A stretch of 64,000 bases of DNA from an uncultured virus (IMG/VR IMGVR_UViG_3300030108_001449) (IMGVR_UViG_3300030108_001449); one strand, 5' to 3'. Positions 8,092 through 17,651 are shown, numbered from the stretch's first letter. Made by a program: numbers and translations. The notes: a model not told the origin generated them from the letters alone.

Positions 8092-8436
8092 CTACATGCT
8101 CCAGTAAGTTTCGGAAGATGGTGAACAGTAGTGTGGTGTGTTCAGTTTCTCGATGAAGGTTTTGCCTGTCCTCAAATTTTTGCGAATGACCATTGGCTCT
8201 TTCTTGTCAAACTCTTCGTAGCTCATGACCACTGACCTTTTGATTCGCTCAAGATCTCCATCAGTTCCATTAAGAGAAAGCCTGTCCTCACCATACTGTT
8301 CAATGTAGTAGTCGCGAACCTTCTGGGCTTTTTTGATTTTGGCTGTCAGAGATCGCTTTGCAGCACCAACAGTTTTGAAAGTCTGATACCTGTCGTTCAG
8401 TATCCAAGTCTCTGGGTCAAGAATCACATAAGTCAT
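8092..8436 (-). CDS. Hypothetical early protein
   Basis: ATG 8436 with AAGGA SD; ends TPHYCSPSSETYWSM. Confidence 0.7.
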   Translation of the reverse strand: MTYVILDPETWILNDRYQTFKTVGAAKRSLTAKIKKAQKVRDYYIEQYGEDRLSLNGTDGDLERIKRSVVMSYEEFDKKEPMVIRKNLRTGKTFIEKLNTPHYCSPSSETYWSM

Positions 8437-8466
8437 TTGGTTTCCTTTTTTCTCGATTTCAAACAC

Positions 8467-8495
8467 ATCTTATACTAATGAGTGTCGTTATGCAA
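8467..8495 (-). promoter_or_regulatory. Sigma70-like early promoter with CGACAC box (leftward of a divergent pair)
   Basis: TTGCAT-AACGACAC...(17)-TAAGAT. Confidence 0.8.
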
Positions 8496-8518
8496 GTCTT
8501 TGCACATAAATATTTTAC

Positions 8519-8546
8519 TTGACATTTTTGTATACATCCTTATAAT
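8519..8546 (+). promoter_or_regulatory. Consensus sigma70 promoter (rightward of a divergent pair)
   Basis: TTGACA-16 bp-TATAAT with palindrome TGTATACA in the spacer. Confidence 0.8.
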
Positions 8547-8575
8547 GGGGTTTGAAATCAAGGCAAGGAGAAAAA

Positions 8576-8821
8576 ATGATCGAGGCAGGAAAGACAAAGG
8601 AGGAGGCAGTCAAGTTTGCGAAGCAAGCTTCGATTGAGAATCCAAATTGTTATGTCACGCTTTATTCTTGTTTCGGAATTTTCGCAAACATTCACAAGAG
8701 ACTTAACGTGTTTGCTCCAAGCGATTCTTTGTTTGGAGTCTACTGGTTGAATGGAAAAGAAAAGCCGTTCACTACAAAACAAAAAATTGCTGATGAGCAA
8801 GCAACCCCAAGTTTACATTAA
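8576..8821 (+). CDS. Hypothetical early protein
   Basis: ATG 8576 with AAGGAG SD. Confidence 0.65.
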   Translation: MIEAGKTKEEAVKFAKQASIENPNCYVTLYSCFGIFANIHKRLNVFAPSDSLFGVYWLNGKEKPFTTKQKIADEQATPSLH

Positions 8822-8830
8822 GGAGTGTTG

Positions 8831-8950
8831 ATGAAAGAGGTAAGACACAACGTGGATTCACTTTCGATAGGCGAGAAGCGAGTCAACAAAAAGATTCGCA
8901 AAACAAAGCAACGAACGTTTGACAAAAAAATCATCAGGGAGTTTGTGTGA
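8831..8950 (+). CDS. Small basic hypothetical protein (39 aa)
   Basis: AAGGAG SD; GTGA overlap with the next gene. Confidence 0.45.
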   Translation: MKEVRHNVDSLSIGEKRVNKKIRKTKQRTFDKKIIREFV

Positions 8951-9198
8951 GAATACCTGAAAAAATTACCAAGGCTTGGCTTGAAAAAAATGGTTACGAG
9001 ATTGGAACGATTTACAGAAATCGTGGTGGTCACAGATTTGTGATTGTGATCAAGAGAGGGAGAAAGTGGGTCACCTGTTTTGAGCAAGGGCCAATCAATG
9101 GAACGGGAAGCAAGTTCAAAGTTTTGATAAAGGAGTTTGAAAAAAAATTCAATCCTTATGTACTGGTCAGGGGTAAAGCAAAAAGGAGTGCTGCATGA
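8947..9198 (+). CDS. Hypothetical protein
   Basis: 83 aa, coupled on both sides. Confidence 0.6.
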   Translation: MRIPEKITKAWLEKNGYEIGTIYRNRGGHRFVIVIKRGRKWVTCFEQGPINGTGSKFKVLIKEFEKKFNPYVLVRGKAKRSAA

Positions 9199-9770
9199 CA
9201 AAAGTCATTTCAAAAAGGCGTGGCGTAAATGTCACCAAGGCAGAACACAATCTTGTGTTGAAGCTTGTTAAGAAAGCTGTAAGGGAGCTTTCCAAAAAGA
9301 AGTATGAGTTTCCAGACTTCATCAGGACAGACAACTGCTGGCTGGAAGTCGAGACAAAAAATCGTGGGCAACGATCCTATGGTGGATCGCTTGGGATTAT
9401 GATTGATGTTTCTCGATATCGTCAGAAGATGAAAGTTCTCAACGAGTATTCTGCTTTCGCAAAAGACCCAGTGATTGGCTCAGCAACGACAGACGATCCA
9501 GAGGTTGTTTTGTTTGGGACTGTTTGTCACGAAGTTGCACATTGGGCGCAGCTAAATTCTCGACTGGCTAGAAAGATGAAGCGATACAAGGAAACTTACA
9601 GGAAGCCGCATGGAAAATGTTTCCAGTCGATTTATCGATACTTGAGGGTGGCACTTGTGAACCCTCTTGTTAAGAACAAAGAGACAAGTGTCGAAGAGTT
9701 GGTTGGCAGGGAAAATTTAAATCTTATGAACACGATAGGAGAGTTGAGGTATGCGTCTAGTAAAAAGTAA
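9195..9770 (+). CDS. SprT-like zincin metallopeptidase-domain protein
   Basis: HEVAH (HExxH) followed by KPHGKCF. Confidence 0.6.
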   Translation: MTKVISKRRGVNVTKAEHNLVLKLVKKAVRELSKKKYEFPDFIRTDNCWLEVETKNRGQRSYGGSLGIMIDVSRYRQKMKVLNEYSAFAKDPVIGSATTDDPEVVLFGTVCHEVAHWAQLNSRLARKMKRYKETYRKPHGKCFQSIYRYLRVALVNPLVKNKETSVEELVGRENLNLMNTIGELRYASSKK

Positions 9771-9942
9771 TCCATCTGGATTCGAGGTTACTATCATTGC
9801 AGAAAAGATTGATGCCAATGGCAACGTAGGTCATGAGGTGTTGCAGTTCAAAGATGTTTTACTCAAAGACCTTGAGCAGTTGGCTGGAGACAAAGTTGTT
9901 TTGAGTGCAACAGCAACAAGGATACGCAAACACAAAATCTAG
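9751..9942 (+). CDS. Hypothetical protein
   Basis: 63 aa, GAGGT SD. Confidence 0.5.
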   Translation: MRLVKSNPSGFEVTIIAEKIDANGNVGHEVLQFKDVLLKDLEQLAGDKVVLSATATRIRKHKI

Positions 9943-9953
9943 GGGTAATTCCT

Positions 9954-11309
9954 ATGGGCAAATTTAACATTGCAGACTTTCAGGCAGAGGTAGCCTTCAC
10001 GATGCAAAAGCCTTTGCTGAGGGTAAAGGGCGTAAAGTTCGAGCCTGATCAAGCAATCAGAAATATGCTGAACAAATCAGGGCCAGAGCATGGAAAAATT
10101 ATTTTAAACGCCATCACTTACGAGGTTCAAAACGAGTTGATGGATGATGTGATCAGCAAAATGAAAAAGGGCAACAAGGATCAACTGGTCAATAACTTTT
10201 GGCAAGCTAAAATCCCTCATGACAATATGTTTTTAGCGTGGGACGCTGCTGGCCCTGATGAGCTTAACAAGTTTGTGGGGGTTCACATTGAGAAAGTGGA
10301 CTCTCAAAGAGTGGTTATATTTGATCTTAAAAAGGCCAAAGACTCTGTTCGTGATGGCTCACAAAACATGCCAGAAGAATTTTTTATGTACAGATTTTTT
10401 AGAGGGTTTGAAGAAGAGGGCAAAGAAAGACTTAAAATTCTACACTCCCCTATTAGCATTATGAATGCTGCTTACACTGACTTTGATAGAAAGCCAACGT
10501 ACACCAAGAAGTATGAAGACTTGGAAATACCAGCACCTTGGTCTTACTACGAAGACAATTTACAAGCTGCTAAAAAATTGTCTATTCCAAACCTTGACTT
10601 TCCCTACTCAGCATTTGATCTGGTCAAAATAACTGCCTTGCTCAACAACCAGCCTAATTTTGGAACTGGCTTGGAATATGAAAGCTGGCAGGGAGCTTTT
10701 CATTTTTACAATGAAGATGGAATGATTCAACTAGACACTTCTTTCAAGTGGGAAGAGATGCTTGCTCAACTTACAGTAACGTCTTCGCCTTGGTCAACAC
10801 AAGATGTTAATTATTCTTGTACTGATTGGTACTCAGAGTCATTCAACATACCTCATGAGTTTCTTGGGAAAGATCCTTACCAGTATTCTGATGAAGAGAT
10901 TAAAAGGTTTCAGGACACCAGAAGAACAACTGAGTATGAGTTTAGTGGCATTCTGACTCCTACCTTTGCAGTGTTAGCCATGAATAACTTTGACTGGATT
11001 GTTAAAGATCCAGTTGCAAGGAAAGGTAAGGTCAAGAACCTGAGTCACAGGTTGCAGCCAAGGAATCGTCACTACACGCTTGAGATCAAGCTGCCCAAGG
11101 AGAAGCAACTGATCGAGGGTGTACAACCTGATAGAACTCGCAAGTTTGGTACTGCGCTGCATGAAGTTCAGGGTCACAACAGACATTATCGTGATGATCG
11201 TGGCGTGGTGTATAAAACAATCTGGGTAAAGCCACACGAACGAGGTGATAAAAAATTTGGTATCGTGACAAAAGATTATGTCCTGACCAAAGACAAGAAA
11301 GAAGACTAG
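9954..11309 (+). CDS. Conserved phage hypothetical protein
   Basis: 451 aa; C-terminal HEVQGHNR...IWVKPHERG...GIVTKDY motif typical of phage proteins of unknown function. Confidence 0.75.
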   Translation: MGKFNIADFQAEVAFTMQKPLLRVKGVKFEPDQAIRNMLNKSGPEHGKIILNAITYEVQNELMDDVISKMKKGNKDQLVNNFWQAKIPHDNMFLAWDAAGPDELNKFVGVHIEKVDSQRVVIFDLKKAKDSVRDGSQNMPEEFFMYRFFRGFEEEGKERLKILHSPISIMNAAYTDFDRKPTYTKKYEDLEIPAPWSYYEDNLQAAKKLSIPNLDFPYSAFDLVKITALLNNQPNFGTGLEYESWQGAFHFYNEDGMIQLDTSFKWEEMLAQLTVTSSPWSTQDVNYSCTDWYSESFNIPHEFLGKDPYQYSDEEIKRFQDTRRTTEYEFSGILTPTFAVLAMNNFDWIVKDPVARKGKVKNLSHRLQPRNRHYTLEIKLPKEKQLIEGVQPDRTRKFGTALHEVQGHNRHYRDDRGVVYKTIWVKPHERGDKKFGIVTKDYVLTKDKKED

Positions 11310-12847
11310 TTGAAGATATCCACGTTGTTGGTGTCCAGCTCTTCTTTTGCTTCATCCATTTTTGCTAGGAACGCTGCGCCAACACCAATAGGTATTCCAT
11401 ACTGCTTGGTGATTTCAATTAACCTTGGATCAAATATTACAAAGTTTTTTGACGATCCATCTTTGCGCCTTGTAAACCCATCTGCGTATTTGATGCCATC
11501 AATACCAACTTCATCCCTTAGTCTTTCAGAAAAAGCTTTTGCTTTTTCTGGGCTTGATCCATAGCCTGTTATTGCTTCATAAAAATCACCACCAGTGCCT
11601 GAGACTTTTTTGTCCACGTCTGTCAAGCGTAGACGATCAAAAACAATTTCTGGATCTCCATACTCTTTTTCCAAAAACGCTTCAATTTTTTTCAACACTT
11701 CTGGCTGATTCATTAAAGGTTCGTCCCAGTCCAGCAGCTTGTCTTTGTTCACTGCTAAATCGACTTCGTAGGTTTTTGCTTCTCCTTCTTTCATCTCAAT
11801 CTTAGGGGCCAGCCTTTCATTAAACATTTCTTTTTGCCTTGGATTTAAATAATCCATCACAATGTCTAGCTGAGTGTCATTTTCAATTTGAGACAGATTG
11901 CCAAGAATGATATCCATGTCAGCAGTATCTAAAAATACCTCTTCTGTCAGATCAGTAATCCTTTGAATTTCATCATCAGGTAAGCCAGCCCCCATCCTAA
12001 GCTTATCCTGAAGCCTGAATATTAATTCAATGTCAGGATTGTCCTTCATGTTTTCTTGAATTAACTCATCAACAACGTCACTGGCTTCATCATAAACATC
12101 AGTGCCAGAATCTAGGTATTGATCCAAAATATCGTCTTTTTCAAACCTGATCCTTTCAGCACCCTCTTCCATCAAATCACTGTAAAGCTCTGAAAATTTG
12201 TTTCTGTTATCAATGTCATAAACCTGATCAACTTTTTTGTCGTTTATGTGAAGACCACCAGACTGTCCCTCAAATGCTTCACGATAATATTTTGCTACTT
12301 CAGGATTCTCTGCAAAGTACAATCCCCAGCCATAGGCTTGCGCTCCTTCTCCAGTTCCAATCTTTTCTAAAAGAAACTTATTAAAATCATAAGGAGAAGA
12401 ATGAAACGCTTTCACTGGCTCATCAGCAGCAGTCAACGACTTCAGCCCTGCCCTTCCAGCAGCACTCACGCCTTTTAACGCTGGGCCAGCAACTACACCA
12501 GCCACTGGAATCCCATACGCTAGATCGCCCAATGCGCCTACACCCTGCAACGCTGACTCAAGATAATTTCCTCGCGCCAAATTTTCAGCAAGGGTTCCTT
12601 GCAGTTCGCCTGAGTAGAACTCGCTAGGATCAGCCTCTGAGGAGGGCATAGCAGGGGTTCCACGTGAAACGTCGAGCAGACCAGTCCCCGGTGCAAGCTG
12701 TGATGCAAACCACGCTGCTTGGGCTGGTGTGAATAAATTTTCAGACTCTGGCCTACCCTGAAGCTCTCTAATGTCTCCAGAGATAGATCCACCAAGGCTG
12801 TAGCCTTTGATGTCGTTTTCAAAAATGTCTATGTCATCGTATTTCAT
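11306..12847 (-). CDS. Polymorphic-toxin-like protein with an ADP-ribosyltransferase-like domain of polyvalent-protein type
   Basis: AFHSSPYDFNKF..KIGTGEGAQAYGWGLYFAE, YEVDL..LLDWDEPL..Q, GIDGIKY...NFVIFD; Gly/Ala-rich pre-toxin-like N-terminus. Confidence 0.65.
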   Translation of the reverse strand: MKYDDIDIFENDIKGYSLGGSISGDIRELQGRPESENLFTPAQAAWFASQLAPGTGLLDVSRGTPAMPSSEADPSEFYSGELQGTLAENLARGNYLESALQGVGALGDLAYGIPVAGVVAGPALKGVSAAGRAGLKSLTAADEPVKAFHSSPYDFNKFLLEKIGTGEGAQAYGWGLYFAENPEVAKYYREAFEGQSGGLHINDKKVDQVYDIDNRNKFSELYSDLMEEGAERIRFEKDDILDQYLDSGTDVYDEASDVVDELIQENMKDNPDIELIFRLQDKLRMGAGLPDDEIQRITDLTEEVFLDTADMDIILGNLSQIENDTQLDIVMDYLNPRQKEMFNERLAPKIEMKEGEAKTYEVDLAVNKDKLLDWDEPLMNQPEVLKKIEAFLEKEYGDPEIVFDRLRLTDVDKKVSGTGGDFYEAITGYGSSPEKAKAFSERLRDEVGIDGIKYADGFTRRKDGSSKNFVIFDPRLIEITKQYGIPIGVGAAFLAKMDEAKEELDTNNVDIFN

Positions 12848-13272
12848 ACGGGCCAGTTCAAGTCAATGTCATAGGAGTCCCAACGTTTTTCCAGTATAGC
12901 GATCCACGTTTCAAAATCCACTACGCATGTGAGGTTGTTGTCCCTTGGATATTCTGCGCTGATAGCGTACAGGGGCAAGCACACGCGCACTGGTTTGTGG
13001 TTGAACTTGTAAATTAGTACTGGGATCTCGTTGTGTTCAGCAGATTCGCAGACTTGCTTGTGCCATTCTGGTTTCCACCACCAGCCATCTTTATAGTGCT
13101 TGCACTCGACAGAATGATGGGGGATCTGAATATCAGCCAGATTAGATTTCTGATATTGATCTAAATTTCTTTTGCACGAAAAATTTATGTCATGGGACTC
13201 AAAGAACTCATTTAATCGTTTTACGATATCGCGCTCGAATGTCGCCCCTTTTGTTCTGGAAGTTTTTGACAT
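12844..13272 (-). CDS. Holliday junction resolvase-like PD-(D/E)xK nuclease (Hjc type)
   Basis: SRTKGATFER ... ADI ... VECK ... W..Q ... PVLIYK. Confidence 0.75.
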   Translation of the reverse strand: MSKTSRTKGATFERDIVKRLNEFFESHDINFSCKRNLDQYQKSNLADIQIPHHSVECKHYKDGWWWKPEWHKQVCESAEHNEIPVLIYKFNHKPVRVCLPLYAISAEYPRDNNLTCVVDFETWIAILEKRWDSYDIDLNWPV

Positions 13273-13489
13273 GGAAAAGCATTCTAATCCAGATTGAAAA
13301 AAAGACAAATCGTGATATGGTTGCCTTGTCCCTTGAAGCCACCCCTAGTGGCCCTTGGCTGTGACAGAAACACGTTACCTCAATAATCTCTCTTTCTGTC
13401 ACAGCCCTTTCTCAAACAAGCCATTGAATAAAATGGATTTTGAATGTACTCAACTAACTTGTACGCGCATCGCCATGCGTGTCTTCGGC

Positions 13490-13705
13490 ACAGGGGGTGT
13501 ACCCCTCGAAAAAATTAGGCCGCGCTCAGAAAAAAACTGACTTCATAGGGTTCCTTTATAAATCAATGACTTACAAGCGATTGTTAATGCTAAGTCTAGC
13601 TTTAGATCCAAGCCCAGTTTTTCGAGGTGACCATTGTGAGCACAAAGCTACACATTACAATACATCGACTCGCTCAGGTTTCTCCTTGCAAATCAATGAC
13701 TTACA
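13490..13705. promoter_or_regulatory. Candidate packaging/terminus region with two IHF-consensus sites
   Basis: Gap downstream of terS; AAATCAATGACTTACA at 13560-13575 and 13690-13705 (fits WATCAANNNNTTR); AGGGG-GTGTA-CCCCT inverted repeat at about 13492-13506. Confidence 0.45.
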
Positions 13706-13775
13706 GCATTTTTCTCGAATTATTCTATTTTTGGGGCGTTTCTGGGAGAGCGGGCCTTGCGCTTAGTTTATTCTA

Positions 13776-14288
13776 CTAAAAATCGTTGTCCAATAACTCT
13801 GGCGAGTTAGCACCCAACAGCTTACCTAAACGCTGCTTGATGTCATCCTTGTTCATCCCATCAATGTTAGCGTTAATGTTCAGGTTCTGACTGCGATTGA
13901 TTGACAAGCCAGCCAGTTGATTGAGTTCTTTTATAGCAGCGACTGAGCTGGCAAAGTGTCCAGCCTCGAATGCCTCCTCTGCTATCTTCCACAACATTGA
14001 GCCAGTTTTCTGAGGTGTGATCGCATACTTGTCTGCAAGCTCATCCTGTTTAAATCTGATCGCCTTCGTGACCTTTGGGAAATCTCTGCCATTGAGCATC
14101 TTACTGGCAGCGTTAGCTGGGAACTCGAACCCAGCCCTTCTTGCTGCTTCTGTCTGAGCACACGCTCCTTCAGTGTAATGCCACACGAAAGCTGATTGCA
14201 TTTTGGTCAGACCAAATTCAGGATCTGGATCGAACTGATCTGGTACGCTGACTAGCTTGGTTCTTTCTTTCTTTGGTCTTCCTGCCAT
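13776..14288 (-). CDS. terS: Terminase small subunit
   Basis: LTKMQSAFVWHY...TEAARRAGF...AASKML helix-turn-helix pattern; C-terminal AIKELNQLAGL. Confidence 0.7.
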   Translation of the reverse strand: MAGRPKKERTKLVSVPDQFDPDPEFGLTKMQSAFVWHYTEGACAQTEAARRAGFEFPANAASKMLNGRDFPKVTKAIRFKQDELADKYAITPQKTGSMLWKIAEEAFEAGHFASSVAAIKELNQLAGLSINRSQNLNINANIDGMNKDDIKQRLGKLLGANSPELLDNDF

Positions 14289-14440
14289 TTACTTTTCATC
14301 CACTTCACAAAAACTTCTTTCGCTGTCTCTCGATCATAAACTGGATCGTTGTGGTACATTCTCTCATCACTATTGATCACATACCACCTTTCAAAATTAT
14401 CTTCAAAATCCAGCTCGCTGTTATAACTAAACTTTTCCAT
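14252..14440 (-). CDS. Hypothetical protein
   Basis: 62 aa, GGAGG SD. Confidence 0.55.
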   Translation of the reverse strand: MEKFSYNSELDFEDNFERWYVINSDERMYHNDPVYDRETAKEVFVKWMKSKWQEDQRKKEPS

Positions 14441-14444
14441 CCAA

Positions 14445-14660
14445 CCTCCAAGTGTACAGTGTACAGGGTAGGGTTCTCTTAACTCTCTAATAGTATATTC
14501 ATAACCAGTTCATGTGGTCTATTACTGCTTTAGCTCTTTATATTAAATATATATATATTATATATACCTATACACTATAATAGTAATAAGACCATATAAA
14601 TCAACAACTTAGGTCAAGTGTATATCAAGGGTACAACAGTGCATTTAAAACATGCAATGT
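14445..14660. other. Candidate replication origin
   Basis: Non-coding AT-rich tract with (TA)n run, GTGTACA repeats and IHF-consensus AATCAACAACTTA, directly downstream of the primase gene. Confidence 0.45.
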
Positions 14661-14661
14661 A

Positions 14662-16836
14662 TCAATAATCCCAATCTTTACCACTTCTTGTGTAATCTTC
14701 TGCATCTTTCTCCAAAGGCTTGTAATCGAGGTCATACACTTTCTTTCCATTAGATCTTCGAGGCTCAATGCCATATTCACTCAGCACTCTCGCAGCATCC
14801 TTGAAGTCAGGAATGCGTGGTGCTTTGATTCCCAGATCTCTCAGCAACTGAGTCATCTGCACAGGCTCAGTGTTATACGAATTAAAGTTGACTCGCTCTA
14901 AAATTAGATCCTCCACACTGCTCTGCGTCCTGTATGTCTCGTTGCTCTCTTGCAATAGCTCTCTCTCATCAGGGGAGAGAAACCAGTTCTTCTGCCCCTC
15001 GCTGTACAGTGTCGTTCTGATCTCTGCCCACAACTGCTGCATGTCGATTCTGTGAGTGAAGTCTATGCTGGTCACAGGTATCACCCAGAATCTTCGATTA
15101 CCACTGCTATCAATCAGGAACTCCCTAGCATTCACAGACGCATAGAAAGCTGTGCGCCTTTGGTATCGTGTGTTCGCCCTGTCGTAAGGCAACCTGAACT
15201 CATCAGTCTTTGAGGTGATGAATGCCTTCAACTGGTCAAGGTCAGCCTTCTTGAATGTAGACTCCACTTCACCCAGCTCCACGATCCAATGCGACACAGC
15301 GCGTTTAACGCTGTCTTTGTCTGAGGGGTTCAGCATAGCACCCTCCAATAGCCACCCACTCTCATAGTCACACAGACGCTTGAACCACAACGTTTTGCCC
15401 AACCCCTGTGCGCCCTGAAAAAGCAGAATACCTTCGAGTTCAACGCCATTGGGTTCAAACGCTGCTGCCACGCAACTGATCAGCCACTTCTTCATCAGGA
15501 TCTCTTTGAGCTTGTTTGAGCCATTGGTCTGGATTGTGTCCAGAAACTCTTGCAGTCTGGATCTTCCATCCCAAGGTCTACTATCAATCCATTCTTTGAC
15601 TGGGTTGTATGGTTCAGCCAGCAGTTTCAGGTAATCCCTCACCTTGGTGTGAGGTATGCCCAGATTGATACACCTGTTTTCGATCTCGATCAGCGCACTC
15701 TCATCACGCATGTCTGAAATGAAATTGGTATCAGGTATGTCGTACTCCATCATCTTTTTAATCACGTTGTACCTGACTTGGATGTTCTGGGTCAGCAGCA
15801 CACCATTCACGTTCTCTTTGTTGTTAATGTATCTGCCCTTGCTGTTCTGAACCCAGTCATACTCCATTGGCAGATCCAGATTCTTTGTAGCGACAATGAC
15901 CTCACCCTCTAACGCTTCCACCTTGTGGTCGTTGTAGTCACCAGCCAACTCTGGCATGACGATCTCCCACTCTCCTCCCTTGCTCCTGATAAACTCAGCA
16001 GCCTTTCTTGCTTCACGTTCACCAGTTTGTGAGTCCTCATCATTGTCAGCAAGGAACACATGCTTCTTATTTGCGAAGTGCTCCCACATTGTCTCAGCAA
16101 CCTTGATCAGATTGTTGGCACTAAAGCAAACAATGACCGGCGTACTATGGTCAGCGTAATAGGATGCAGCAGTCGCATAACCTTCAGCGTATGTTATCTT
16201 GTCACTGTGCTTGAGAATCTCCCTGCCCAGTATGAAGAAAGAGCCAGACTTGTTTGATCCCTTGGTTGTCTTCTTTGATCCATCCTTGTAGATGCGCTCG
16301 ATGCCCACTACTTCCAGCTTATCGTCATACATGGGTATGTACAGAGTGCCTTGGCTGTTCTGCCTGAGTCCATAACTAAGCACGTTCTTCTTTTCAAGAT
16401 AGGGATGCACTTCACAATCGCTTGCAGCTTCCCACAATGTCTTGGCCTTCTCTGCCCCATCCTCAAGTGCAATGGCTCGATCAATCTCTGCCTGTCTGGC
16501 AAGCTGTTCGATTTCTTGTTTCTGCTCTGGGGTCAGCGCATGGTGTTGCTGATTCTCAGGTCGCCATACTGCTGTTGGATCACTCTGGCTAATTCTGTAA
16601 TCACCCATCATGCCAAATGGCACAGACTGATCTAAGTAAAAAACATACCACGCCACGTTCTTCCTCACGCCATTCACATTCATGAATGCGTGTCTGATCT
16701 GTCCTACTATCAGCCCTTCCTTGGCATCTACCTCAACGCCATTGTCTTGCAGAAAGTTCAGGAAACTGGTTTTATAGTCCTGCTGCATTGGACGCTCAAA
16801 TTTCTTTCCATCCTTTGGTGGTAGTTTTAACCCCAT
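14662..16836 (-). CDS. DNA primase-helicase (Toprim plus VirE/VapE-like P-loop ATPase)
   Basis: HPYLEKK, AEGYATA, LADND, GDYND (Toprim); GAQGLGKT Walker A, IVELGE, RLPYDR, GNRRFWVI. Confidence 0.9.
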   Translation of the reverse strand: MGLKLPPKDGKKFERPMQQDYKTSFLNFLQDNGVEVDAKEGLIVGQIRHAFMNVNGVRKNVAWYVFYLDQSVPFGMMGDYRISQSDPTAVWRPENQQHHALTPEQKQEIEQLARQAEIDRAIALEDGAEKAKTLWEAASDCEVHPYLEKKNVLSYGLRQNSQGTLYIPMYDDKLEVVGIERIYKDGSKKTTKGSNKSGSFFILGREILKHSDKITYAEGYATAASYYADHSTPVIVCFSANNLIKVAETMWEHFANKKHVFLADNDEDSQTGEREARKAAEFIRSKGGEWEIVMPELAGDYNDHKVEALEGEVIVATKNLDLPMEYDWVQNSKGRYINNKENVNGVLLTQNIQVRYNVIKKMMEYDIPDTNFISDMRDESALIEIENRCINLGIPHTKVRDYLKLLAEPYNPVKEWIDSRPWDGRSRLQEFLDTIQTNGSNKLKEILMKKWLISCVAAAFEPNGVELEGILLFQGAQGLGKTLWFKRLCDYESGWLLEGAMLNPSDKDSVKRAVSHWIVELGEVESTFKKADLDQLKAFITSKTDEFRLPYDRANTRYQRRTAFYASVNAREFLIDSSGNRRFWVIPVTSIDFTHRIDMQQLWAEIRTTLYSEGQKNWFLSPDERELLQESNETYRTQSSVEDLILERVNFNSYNTEPVQMTQLLRDLGIKAPRIPDFKDAARVLSEYGIEPRRSNGKKVYDLDYKPLEKDAEDYTRSGKDWDY

Positions 16837-16913
16837 TATTGACCCTTGCTTTTATTTATAGGAAAATGTACCATACTGCAAATTCCTATAATGTTCAACA
16901 CAAGGAGGTAACA

Positions 16914-17651
16914 ATGGGATTAAATCTAGGTGAAGCAGGTGGCACTGGTGGAGGAGGCTACGAGCTGATTCCAGCAGGAGATCATAAGGGCGTTTTGTAC
17001 ATGTATGCAGAGGTAGGTCATCACATGGAATCTTACAAGGATGAGCCAGAGCGTAAAGTGTGGCCCATTTTTTTCTTCTGGGAGTTTCCAGAACTGCGAA
17101 CAGACGATGATCGCCCTATGTCGATGATGAAGCGTTACAACTTCTCGATGCACGAAAAGAGTTCTCTAAGGGCAGACCTACAATTCTGGCGTGGCAAGAA
17201 ATATAAAGAGGAAGAGCTGAAAGACTTTGACCTCGACAACCTGCTAGGCAGACCAGCCATCATTACTGTTGAGCACTACGCTAAACAGGATGGCAGTGAG
17301 GGTGCGAAGATCACCAGCCTTGAGAAGCCAGAAGATGGATTGGATGTTGTGCCAACACATAACAAGACTCAATCTTTTGTTCTTCGTGAATACCTGAAAG
17401 AGTGGCAGACTGATGACAATGGTAACAGTTTGTCAGACACAGGCTCGAAAGAGATGTGTGACATCTTGGAAGATCTGCCAGAGTTTGTAGCCAACCTCAT
17501 CGATACTTCGATGGAGAAGGTTGCACTCATGGAGAAGGTAGATCGAGACAGAAACCAAAGATCGCAAGGAGGATCATCAGGCTTGGATAGCTTCTCTGAC
17601 TCAACAGTAGTTGAGGAAGAAAAGGATCACGCTGATGACATACCCTTTTAG
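16914..17651 (+). CDS. Phage single-stranded DNA-binding-like replication protein
   Basis: AAGGAGG SD before ATG 16914; acidic tail ending DDIPF. Confidence 0.7.
   Translation: MGLNLGEAGGTGGGGYELIPAGDHKGVLYMYAEVGHHMESYKDEPERKVWPIFFFWEFPELRTDDDRPMSMMKRYNFSMHEKSSLRADLQFWRGKKYKEEELKDFDLDNLLGRPAIITVEHYAKQDGSEGAKITSLEKPEDGLDVVPTHNKTQSFVLREYLKEWQTDDNGNSLSDTGSKEMCDILEDLPEFVANLIDTSMEKVALMEKVDRDRNQRSQGGSSGLDSFSDSTVVEEEKDHADDIPF

Noticed and set aside
4467..8495. CGACAC repeats as integron attC sites or CRISPR repeats
   Set aside because: They lack attC-type inverted cores, are irregularly spaced, and fit -35/17 bp/-10 promoter geometry.
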